From assembly GCA_025839675.1 (NCBI GenBank), contig CP104013.1:2130001-2162000 (forward strand): a DNA stretch of 32,000 nt, given 5' to 3'. This DNA comes from Candidatus Lokiarchaeum ossiferum (GTDB taxonomy: Archaea > Asgardarchaeota > Lokiarchaeia > Sigyniarchaeales > Promethearchaeaceae). Of the stretch, positions 1 to 7,713 are shown piece by piece. Position 1 is the first letter of the stretch. The number at the start of each line of letters is the position of its first letter. Made by a program: the position numbers and the translations under genes. The notes beneath the pieces are model-generated. The model searched no databases. It was not told where the DNA came from and saw only the letters and a list, made by a program, of their open reading frames with translations.

Positions 1-71
1 CAATAGCATTGAGAAGAAAATGCACCCAGTATAAATATCAAAACCATCAGTAAAATTTCTTTAAATTGCAT
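1..71 (-). CDS. 5' end of a gene that runs off the left edge (first 23 codons only), with a hydrophobic signal/anchor-like N-terminus
   Basis: Reverse-strand ATG at 69-71. It reads MQFKEILLMVLIFILGAFSSQCY and stays open to position 1. Too short for a family call. Confidence 0.3.
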   Translation of the reverse strand, partial: MQFKEILLMVLIFILGAFSSQCY

Positions 72-132
72 CTTTACTTTTTTTTCTTTATTAATTCCAA
101 ATCACCAATGACTTTAAAAAGAATTAATAGAT

Positions 133-1734
133 ATGTTTTTTATGCCAGAATTTCAAGATACTAGCTTTATATTTTCTAAGCTAGGATTTAATGTAAAGAC
201 CAAATCAGGAATTACATGGTCTATTTGCTTAATAATTGTTTTTTCTATTTTTACAATGGTTAACTATCTTCCAGTACAGGCAAGAATCCAAGCAGATGAA
301 CTAGATCCAATCGGAGTTGACCATGATGATATCGATTCAAATCCATATATTACAGGAAGTGGAACAGCTAACTCACCATACATCTTGGAAAATTTGGCAG
401 TCAATGCCAACGATATAGGAACATGTCTATGGATTTCGGGAGTTAATAGCTATTTAATTATTCGTAATTGTACTTTAAAAAATGGAGGGGATGTTCCCTC
501 GGATGCAGCAGGAATTTCGTTACAAGCATGTAAACGAGTTACTATAACAAATTGTACTGTAAAAAATTCAAATTACGGAATTTTTTTACGAAACTGTGAT
601 GATATATTCATTTCCAACAATACGATCCAAGATAACCGTATAGGAATTGAAATTGATTTCACAACGCAAGTAAATATCACTCAAAACACAATATCTTCCA
701 GTTCAAAATATGGAATAATAATTAGTGACCAACATTGCACAGAGATATCAATATATGAAAATATATATGAAGATAATAGCCTAAAAAACATCAAGGATAA
801 TGGTGTTAACAATCAAATTTTAGATAGCAATCCTTCAGATATCTTTTCTTTAGAAAATTTGTTTTTAATTTTAAATGTAGGTATTATAATAATCTTTTTT
901 GCTATTTTACTTCAATATTTAATGAAATATGCTTATTTCAATTCTTCTTCAATTAAAATAGAATCTAATGAAGGAGAGGTTATGCGTTCAAATTGGACTC
1001 AAAATGGAAAAAAAAAGATAACATTTGAAATCAAAATCATTGTCGAGCGCATAAAGCGAAATCCATCTGAGATATTATTATTGATTCTTATCCTTTTCAT
1101 TTCTACCTTTTTCGTCATTACATCGGCGGATCTGATTTTATCTTCGACTATTAATAATACTGGAAATCAATGGGAGACATATCGAATAATTAAAATAATT
1201 ATTCTACCATTATTATTCCTAATACTCATTTTAACTGGATTAGATAATTGCGTTAAGAGAAGGCCAAATTGTGCAATATCTTCAAATAAAAATAAGACAA
1301 ATAATTTTCAAAGATTAAAAAACTATCTGATAAAACTAGATCGATTCAGTATTTTTTGGATCTCTTTGGGTATTCTATATAGTATTTTAGGTGCTATGGA
1401 AGGGACCGAGGTTCTTGCGGAATTATATCTGTTTTCATTCAATCGAGGAATCTTAATAGGCATGTTGACATCTCCAATAGAATATGAAATAATGAAAGTA
1501 CTATTTGGAATATTTTGGTGTATTTTTGCCCTCATATTCATACCAAGTTTTATTTATGTCTCTAAATTAAAGGGAAAACAAAGAGTGCCTTTTTTTAAAA
1601 TGCTAGTTAGAATTCAAAGAGGCAGTATAACTGAAAAGATCAAAATACTCATCATGATAATTGGAGTAATATTTCATTTATTCTTACTTTACACAATTAT
1701 TCTATTGTTCTATATGGCTATTCATAATATCTAA
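133..1734 (+). CDS. Membrane protein with an extracytoplasmic right-handed parallel beta-helix (PbH1/NosD-like) domain fused to a polytopic C-terminal membrane domain
   Basis: 533-aa ORF. It has an N-terminal hydrophobic anchor (ITWSICLIIVFSIFTMVNYL). Stacked ~22-aa repeats typical of beta-helix proteins follow (IIRNCTLKNGG, VTITNCTVKNSNYGIFL, IFISNNTIQDNRIGIEI, VNITQNTISSSSKYGIII). The last ~270 aa contain multiple long hydrophobic helices. Confidence 0.75.
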   Translation: MFFMPEFQDTSFIFSKLGFNVKTKSGITWSICLIIVFSIFTMVNYLPVQARIQADELDPIGVDHDDIDSNPYITGSGTANSPYILENLAVNANDIGTCLWISGVNSYLIIRNCTLKNGGDVPSDAAGISLQACKRVTITNCTVKNSNYGIFLRNCDDIFISNNTIQDNRIGIEIDFTTQVNITQNTISSSSKYGIIISDQHCTEISIYENIYEDNSLKNIKDNGVNNQILDSNPSDIFSLENLFLILNVGIIIIFFAILLQYLMKYAYFNSSSIKIESNEGEVMRSNWTQNGKKKITFEIKIIVERIKRNPSEILLLILILFISTFFVITSADLILSSTINNTGNQWETYRIIKIIILPLLFLILILTGLDNCVKRRPNCAISSNKNKTNNFQRLKNYLIKLDRFSIFWISLGILYSILGAMEGTEVLAELYLFSFNRGILIGMLTSPIEYEIMKVLFGIFWCIFALIFIPSFIYVSKLKGKQRVPFFKMLVRIQRGSITEKIKILIMIIGVIFHLFLLYTIILLFYMAIHNI

Positions 1735-1784
1735 TTGAAATTTCCCTCAACATATAATAAAAAAGTCCATAGTTTGGAAATCTA

Positions 1785-1793
1785 TTTTTTTTT
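1785..1793 (+). terminator. Oligo-T tract, candidate archaeal-type terminator for 133-1734
   Basis: Run of 9 T about 50 nt downstream of the stop at 1734, followed by a second T-rich stretch. Confidence 0.3.
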
Positions 1794-2004
1794 AGGTTTT
1801 TTGTTCATCTTTTAAATAACGAAGAGACACTTATCTCGAAAATATGTCTACTTTATACACTCTACAGTTCAATCTATTTGGTTAAACGACTCAGACTTAA
1901 ATACGAAATAAAAATAATAAAAAACCTTCAAACTATGACAAATTATCTTTATATCCTATTTTTTCGCAAAATACTTAAAAGCTCGCAGTATATTAAAAGC
2001 AATC

Positions 2005-2481
2005 ATGGGCATTGATATCAAGATAAGTGGTTTTGGCGATCTCCATCTAAAATATTTAATAACCGATTTAAATGGAACTCTTTCCATGTATGGTGAACTT
2101 CAACCAGAGATACACGCATTACTATCGCAACTAAAAGAAAAAATGGAAATTTATATCCTTACTGCTGATACATTAAACACTGGGGAACGTATAGCATCCG
2201 AATTGGGAGTAAATTGGCATAAACTCACCAAACAAAAATCTCAAGCAACAGAAAAGGCAAAATTTGTTTATAAATTAGGCTCAAAACACGTCGTAGTAAT
2301 GGGAAACGGGCGTAATGATGTTTTGATGTTTCAAGCGGCTGCATTGGCTATTGGTATAATGGGAGAAGAAGGTATTTCACCACAAACCTTAGAAAAGGCA
2401 GATCTCATTGTAAAATCACCTCTTGACGCTTTAAAGTTATTAATAAATCCACTTGTTTTAAAAGCGGGATTACGAAATTAA
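2005..2481 (+). CDS. Small HAD-superfamily hydrolase (soluble P-type-ATPase-like HAD domain, COG4087-like)
   Basis: 158-aa ORF with ITDLNGTL (motif I-like), ILTADT and GNGRNDVLMFQAA (GDGxND-type motif). A TATA-like tatattaaaa lies about 20 nt upstream of the ATG. Confidence 0.7.
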   Translation: MGIDIKISGFGDLHLKYLITDLNGTLSMYGELQPEIHALLSQLKEKMEIYILTADTLNTGERIASELGVNWHKLTKQKSQATEKAKFVYKLGSKHVVVMGNGRNDVLMFQAAALAIGIMGEEGISPQTLEKADLIVKSPLDALKLLINPLVLKAGLRN

Positions 2482-2509
2482 AGTTTTTGAAAAAAAGAAA
2501 TGAAGATGA

Positions 2510-3223
2510 TTATTCGGTTTTCTTTTCGTGATCCAGCATAAGGAAGGAAGATGTTATAATAATAACTGCAATCAACAAAATAAAGAAGAACACTACATCA
2601 AAAATCGGCCCGATTACGGGGTCGGAGATAATTTGGCCAGGGATGTTCACAAAAAGTGCCACGATATTTGCCAAAAGACCATATGCAAATCGTTTCATCC
2701 TATCATGAGAAATGCCTTTACTTCTCTGAATGCCATACTTATTGAGTTTAAAAATAGAATAAAACAAGACTGCCATTACACTCCCAATAAGAACAGCCAA
2801 TGGAATTAAATCCATCTGAGTATTTACAATTTCGTCAGATTCCAATACTGTAATAAACCCACGATCGATAATCATATAAAGTGTAAATCCGGCCCACCAC
2901 CCAACATATGGAATCCAATTCATTTTGAGATTGAACCATTTCGTGGAATCTACCAAGACTTTCATAGAAAAGAATAATCCGATAACACCAGCTAAAATCA
3001 TGGAAAGAGCAATCCGATAAAAAATTTGAATTGCCCATGAAGTTGCAATGATATCATATAAAAGAATAAACAAAGAATAAAATGCTAACCCGAATGTTGC
3101 GCTTGACATAATGATATTTCCCAGATATCGAGGGTTTTTCTTGAGTGTCAAATATGATGCAATTATGCCAAATACAAAAATTAAGATCTCTAGGATATAT
3201 CCCACTACTGTTAAAAATGCCAT
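2510..3223 (-). CDS. Polytopic integral membrane protein, family not recognised
   Basis: 237-aa ORF with an ATG start at 3221-3223. About seven hydrophobic helices by eye. The antisense ORFs in the track overlap it and look like shadows. Confidence 0.65.
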   Translation of the reverse strand: MAFLTVVGYILEILIFVFGIIASYLTLKKNPRYLGNIIMSSATFGLAFYSLFILLYDIIATSWAIQIFYRIALSMILAGVIGLFFSMKVLVDSTKWFNLKMNWIPYVGWWAGFTLYMIIDRGFITVLESDEIVNTQMDLIPLAVLIGSVMAVLFYSIFKLNKYGIQRSKGISHDRMKRFAYGLLANIVALFVNIPGQIISDPVIGPIFDVVFFFILLIAVIIITSSFLMLDHEKKTE

Positions 3224-3410
3224 CTCGAGATTACTTTGTTTTTGTCGTGTTAAATATATTCCCTTTCTAAAATATGTTTTTTTTTTTGGCTTCGTTAATA
3301 AATATAAGGAAGATTGATACTATATAGAATTGACAAACTTTATTACTGACCAACCAATTTGAAGTTTGAAGCAAGCTACTATTTCATACCTCGCAAAAAA
3401 ATGGTTCATC

Positions 3411-4115
3411 ATGGTCCGACCTTCAGATTTTGATAATACTCCACAAACGAGTAATAAAACACCTCATTTTCAATTTAGAATTTCCAAAAATCCAGAAGAA
3501 CGATTCAACACTTTATCCCATCTTCTTGCCGCAGTTATTTCCTTTATTGGATGTCTCATTTTACTTTACAAATCCAGATCTAATCTCCAAATATTTTTGA
3601 TCTATATCGTGTATGGATTTTCAAATACCCTGCTCTTTATTTCCAGTAGCATTTGCCATTCCCAAAAAATTGAAGATGATGTAAAAACATTCTGGAGAAC
3701 TATTGATCAAATAGCAATTTTTATTATGATAGCCGGTACTTATACTCCTATTGCATATATATATCTTACAGGGGGTTGGAAAATAGGGATTTTACTGGCT
3801 CAATGGACATTTACACTAGTTGGCATACTGGTAAAAATATTTCTCCCCGACACACCCCGATGGATTACCGCAGTTATATATTTGATTCAAGGTTGGATGA
3901 TTGTACCAGTTATAAATCCCCTATACCGTGCTATGGACCTGTTTCCATTTATCACGATTTTTATTGGAGGTATGATGTATACAGTAGGGGTTCTGTTTTA
4001 TACAACTAAGAAACAAATTCTTTTCCCTGGGAAATTTGGTGCTCATGAATTATGGCACATTTTTGTCATATTGGGAGCAGTTTCCTTCTATTATGTAGTT
4101 TTTCAATCAATATAA
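3411..4115 (+). CDS. Hemolysin III / PAQR family membrane protein
   Basis: PAQR motifs are present: EERFNTLSH near the N-terminus, SSSICHS mid-protein and HELWHIFV near the C-terminus. The topology looks like seven helices. The track ORF starts at TTG 3366, and the first ATG is at 3411, so the start is uncertain. Confidence 0.8.
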   Translation: MVRPSDFDNTPQTSNKTPHFQFRISKNPEERFNTLSHLLAAVISFIGCLILLYKSRSNLQIFLIYIVYGFSNTLLFISSSICHSQKIEDDVKTFWRTIDQIAIFIMIAGTYTPIAYIYLTGGWKIGILLAQWTFTLVGILVKIFLPDTPRWITAVIYLIQGWMIVPVINPLYRAMDLFPFITIFIGGMMYTVGVLFYTTKKQILFPGKFGAHELWHIFVILGAVSFYYVVFQSI

Positions 4116-4173
4116 CACTTCTCCAAAATTTGAAAAAACAAGGTTTTAATCTCACATATCTAAACAATAATTA

Positions 4174-5715
4174 ATGGTTGATCAAAAAGCGAACCCGCAT
4201 TTTTTAAACTCCTTCATTAATCCAGCATCCATTGCCTTTTTTGGCGCAAATGAACAAATCCCTGACAATATGGGCGCCTTACAAGCACTCACATTAATTG
4301 ACAATGGATACCTTGGTCAAATTTATCCAATTCATCCCCGCTTAGACACAGTCTTTGGATATAAAGCCTATAAATCTATCAAGGACATCCCTAATAAAGT
4401 GGATCTGGCCAAATTAATCTTACCGAAACGGTATGTGCCTCAAATTTTGGAAGAATGTGGACAGTGCGGCGTAAAACATATCATCATTGTCACGGCAGGC
4501 TATCGTGAAGTCAACGATAAAGATAGCCAAGATGAAATTATGGCCATCATAAACAAGTATGATCTGAAAGTTCTCGGTCCGAACTGTATTGGTATGTTAA
4601 ATACTCATGGATATCTTCTTGATTCTTCAGCAGAATTCGTAATTAATACAACGGTTCAAATGTACAATGAACCCCCAGGCACAGTTTCAATTGCATCGCA
4701 AAGCGGAACCTTCGTTTCACATAGTTTTATGTTATTAGCCGAACGGGATTTGCACCTTAGTCGCGGGTTTTCCTTAGGAAATGAACTAATTATAGATTTG
4801 TGCGATTGTTTAGAATTTTTTGAACAAGATCAACAAACTGAAGTAATTCTCCTATATATAGAAGAAATTAAGCGCGGGAGACGATTTTATGAACTTGCTA
4901 AAAGAATTTCCTCAAAAAAACCAATTGTGGTGTTATATCCTGGCGGCACTTCAGGAGGAAGCAAAGCGATTTCATCCCATACAGGGTCAATGGCCGGAAA
5001 TGATGAGATCCACAATGCAGTGTTTAATCAATCTGGAATAATAAGAGCCGATTCTGTGGAAGAACTTTTCGATATTGCCTCCATTCTAGCAAAATTAATT
5101 CCAACAGATTCTATCCCAAAAGGAGACCGAATTGCAATTATGACTAATTCTGGAGGTCCCGGTGCAATGATGGCCGATGCTACATCACGAGCAAAACTAA
5201 CATTGCCTCCCCTGGGGGAGAAATTGAAATTAAAACTTGGAAAATTACTCCCTCCTACTGCACAGGCAACTAACCCTCTAGATTTAACCTTCAGTTTAAA
5301 TCCTGCCCAATTTCACTATACGATTCCCCGAATGTATGCAAAATCATCAGATTTTGATGTTTTAATTTGTTATGGCGCTTTTGGCCCTTCTTTTTTCCGT
5401 TTTAATGAGTTTGGAACGAGTTTTATGAATCAAGAAAAAAGCAAGGAAAAACTGTCGCAATGGTTGGAATTAGTCGAGTCGAGTATTGAAAGTGCCAAAC
5501 GTATTGTAGCGAAATTTAAATTTCCAATAATTAATGTGATTTTCATGGGATTAGATGAACCCGTCTTTTCCTTACTAAATAAAAGCGATTTTCCAACATT
5601 TAAGATGCCCCACCAAGCAATAGCCGCTATAAAGAAGGTAATAGGTTATGGAAAATATCGCCACAAGATCCTTAATTTACAAAATTTGACTAAAAAAGAG
5701 ATTAAGACGGATTAA
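4174..5715 (+). CDS. ADP-forming (NDP-forming) acyl-CoA synthetase, alpha-subunit-type (CoA-binding plus CoA-ligase domains)
   Basis: 513-aa ORF with a CoA-binding Rossmann start (IAFFGANE), VLGPNCIGMLN and SIASQSGT. It carries the phosphohistidine loop SSHTGSMAGND and a second ligase-CoA subdomain (NSGGPGAMMADA). No ATP-grasp (beta) portion is in the ORF or next to it. Confidence 0.85.
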   Translation: MVDQKANPHFLNSFINPASIAFFGANEQIPDNMGALQALTLIDNGYLGQIYPIHPRLDTVFGYKAYKSIKDIPNKVDLAKLILPKRYVPQILEECGQCGVKHIIIVTAGYREVNDKDSQDEIMAIINKYDLKVLGPNCIGMLNTHGYLLDSSAEFVINTTVQMYNEPPGTVSIASQSGTFVSHSFMLLAERDLHLSRGFSLGNELIIDLCDCLEFFEQDQQTEVILLYIEEIKRGRRFYELAKRISSKKPIVVLYPGGTSGGSKAISSHTGSMAGNDEIHNAVFNQSGIIRADSVEELFDIASILAKLIPTDSIPKGDRIAIMTNSGGPGAMMADATSRAKLTLPPLGEKLKLKLGKLLPPTAQATNPLDLTFSLNPAQFHYTIPRMYAKSSDFDVLICYGAFGPSFFRFNEFGTSFMNQEKSKEKLSQWLELVESSIESAKRIVAKFKFPIINVIFMGLDEPVFSLLNKSDFPTFKMPHQAIAAIKKVIGYGKYRHKILNLQNLTKKEIKTD

Positions 5716-5972
5716 TTATCATCAAAAATGATGGGATGCTCGACTGGTTTTGTTTTTGGAACAGAAAAATGAGTAATTACGCCAATAATAACGGACAAGA
5801 TGCCTAAACCAAAAAGAAAATCAGAAATGATTGCTTCATGCAACAAACATCCAAATAAAGTACATATTACCCCTCCAAACAACGTTATTTTTACTATGAA
5901 CGAAATAGAGATTGTTCTTCTTGCCATAGGATTCACATTTTGGTTTTTTTTTCTTAATATACCTACATGCAT
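5712..5972 (-). CDS. Small two-helix membrane protein (hypothetical)
   Basis: 86-aa ORF with two hydrophobic segments (ITLFGGVICTLFGCLL and FLFGLGILSVIIGVI). It lies 117 nt downstream of, and co-directional with, 6090-7529. An internal Met (MARRTISI, 5927) is an alternative start. No family recognised. Confidence 0.35.
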   Translation of the reverse strand: MHVGILRKKNQNVNPMARRTISISFIVKITLFGGVICTLFGCLLHEAIISDFLFGLGILSVIIGVITHFSVPKTKPVEHPIIFDDN

Positions 5973-6089
5973 AGGTTATTTAAATGATTCTTATTCATTA
6001 TTTTGGGAGAAGGATGAATTTTTTCAATTTTTAAAAAATGAAGACTGGAATAAGAGGCTTAGTTCATTTTCTACGTTTTTTAATAGATT

Positions 6090-7529
6090 CTACTTTGCCA
6101 GAGCGTGTTGTAATTTAAAAGCTTGTTTCCAATTGTTATATTGTGCAGGCTCAGGGTTTTGTATCAACAATTTGTGTAATAATGAGTTACTAAAACGATA
6201 TGTTCGATTCATCCCAATTGAATACGATAATTCCGAATTATGTCCTGTGATATCGTATGCCATACGCGAAATCGTTCCATATTCAAAAAACCCCGTTGAA
6301 GTAGTTAATTTTTCTACTTTGACGTTTCGAGTTGTTGAGAAGACTTCAAACTTCTGAATATTGTAATATTTTTCCATATAATTCATCCCATACATTGCAA
6401 GGAGTGACCCTAATCCATTTTCTCTAAAAATTTGTGGTAATAATAGGGCTGTTCGGAGAGTGAGTGGAGATTCATTGCTAATTTTCCCAAAGGCTAATCC
6501 TGCAAATAGTGTTCTATTTTGGAATTCCATGGTCATTACTCCAGCAAAATCACCCACTAATTCATCAATAAAAACATCTGTCAAAATAGAGGGATTTACA
6601 CACCCATTTGGTAAAATTAGATTTGAAAAGGAAGAGCCTTCAGTAGTGAGGCATTCTACCAATGTAAGTATTAATTGGATCTTAAATCTATCTCGCAACG
6701 CATTCCATTCTCGAGATTTGGTGGATACAATGGCGATTTTAAACCCCATTCGATTTAGTAATCGTAAATCCTGTCTATAACTGCGACCAAAGGTGGTCGA
6801 ATGGAAGAATGTGTCCTTGCTAAGAAGAGTTTTTGCCCATATCATTTTTTTCCGTTGTTTATATTTTGTCAAGGTTTTTTTAATTTGTTTTTTATGAAGT
6901 GCGATAAATGAAGCATAATCAATCAGTTCTTCACCAAAATTTTCGTTAATCTCCTTGCAAAAATTAACAAGTTTGGATGTTTGGTCCACAATTCGAATAG
7001 CACCATCCATCTGCGAAATCAAGTTAGCTGTCAACCCTTTTTGTTCTTCAAAGGATGGATTTTGCCAAAATAAATGAAAACTTGAACAAACACGATTATT
7101 CTCCACATTATCAGCAAAATTTGAATGAAGAGCCCAAGGATGAGAAATTTCACAATTTAGCAAGAATTTTTGCTGTGATTTTCGGGGGATGACAATTAAT
7201 ATGTAGCTAATTACTTGTTCATCTATGGAAGTGAAGTCACAATAATCATCTACAAGATCTTTAATCAGATTACTTTTGAAAAAATCGTCCATTCGAGTAA
7301 TATTTTCTTTTTTAAATAAAATATACATCCGGATCCAAGGCAGAAATATCCCCTTTGCAGGAACATGCTGGAATCCAACCATCATCCAAGTTTCATTCGT
7401 CTCTTCCTCAAAAACACGATATTTTTTTTTTGTATTAGCGAGAAATTTTAAACTTGGGAAATCTTGCATAAAATCTTGGGGATTGATTGTTGCATTTCCT
7501 CCCAATACATTATATTTTAAAATAACCAT
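6090..7529 (-). CDS. Hypothetical 479-aa protein with a C-terminal GNAT-like acyl-CoA N-acyltransferase region; the N-terminal ~300 aa are unrecognised
   Basis: ATG at 7527-7529. The C-terminal LTLRTALLLPQIFRENGLGSLLAMYGMNYMEK resembles GNAT motif A (R/Q-x-x-G-x-G/A after a beta strand). It is followed by FEVFSTTRNVKVEKLTTSTGFFEYG, which is like the GNAT beta5/alpha4 N-x-x-A-x-x-L-Y-x-x-x-GF segment. A Lys-rich helical stretch (HKKQIKKTLTKYKQRKK) sits mid-protein. Confidence 0.7.
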   Translation of the reverse strand: MVILKYNVLGGNATINPQDFMQDFPSLKFLANTKKKYRVFEEETNETWMMVGFQHVPAKGIFLPWIRMYILFKKENITRMDDFFKSNLIKDLVDDYCDFTSIDEQVISYILIVIPRKSQQKFLLNCEISHPWALHSNFADNVENNRVCSSFHLFWQNPSFEEQKGLTANLISQMDGAIRIVDQTSKLVNFCKEINENFGEELIDYASFIALHKKQIKKTLTKYKQRKKMIWAKTLLSKDTFFHSTTFGRSYRQDLRLLNRMGFKIAIVSTKSREWNALRDRFKIQLILTLVECLTTEGSSFSNLILPNGCVNPSILTDVFIDELVGDFAGVMTMEFQNRTLFAGLAFGKISNESPLTLRTALLLPQIFRENGLGSLLAMYGMNYMEKYYNIQKFEVFSTTRNVKVEKLTTSTGFFEYGTISRMAYDITGHNSELSYSIGMNRTYRFSNSLLHKLLIQNPEPAQYNNWKQAFKLQHALAK

Positions 7530-7624
7530 AAGTTTCCTTTATCTCAATATTTTTAATATTCGAGAATTTTTCATTCGGTTGCTAAGATATATTTATTTTT
7601 TAATTAGAAAGAGAGAATATAGTG

Positions 7625-7641
7625 TTCCCTTAAAAAGGGAA
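7625..7641. promoter_or_regulatory. Perfect 7-3-7 palindrome TTCCCTT-AAA-AAGGGAA in the divergent intergenic region between 6090-7529 and 7714-9504
   Basis: Read directly from the sequence (gtgTTCCCTTAAAAAGGGAAag). It lies about 75-90 nt upstream of ATG 7714 and about 100 nt upstream of ATG 7529. Confidence 0.35.
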
Positions 7642-7713
7642 AGATAAATTATTTAATGTTTTGAGTTAAAATAATTCTACCGATTTTAAGACAATTTGAA
7701 GCTTGAGGGAATT

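Noticed and set aside
3277-3287. A T11 run in the 2510-3223 / 3411-4115 intergenic region could be a terminator.
   Set aside because: The flanking genes diverge from this spacer, so no transcript is expected to end here. It is more likely part of the AT-rich promoter region.
5800-6357. A 185-aa plus-strand ORF spans the gap between 5712-5972 and 6090-7529.
   Set aside because: It overlaps two better-supported minus-strand genes, has an odd Cys/Phe/Asn-rich composition with no motif, and behaves like an antisense shadow ORF. The same reasoning applies to 6460-6780, 7276-7647, 8811-9182, 9279-9461, 11189-11392, 11507-11812, 14109-14375, 16190-16537, 16710-16955, 17231-17464, 22681-22927, 25462-25692, 26163-26375, 26652-26897, 29694-29951, 30214-30405 and 30642-30950.
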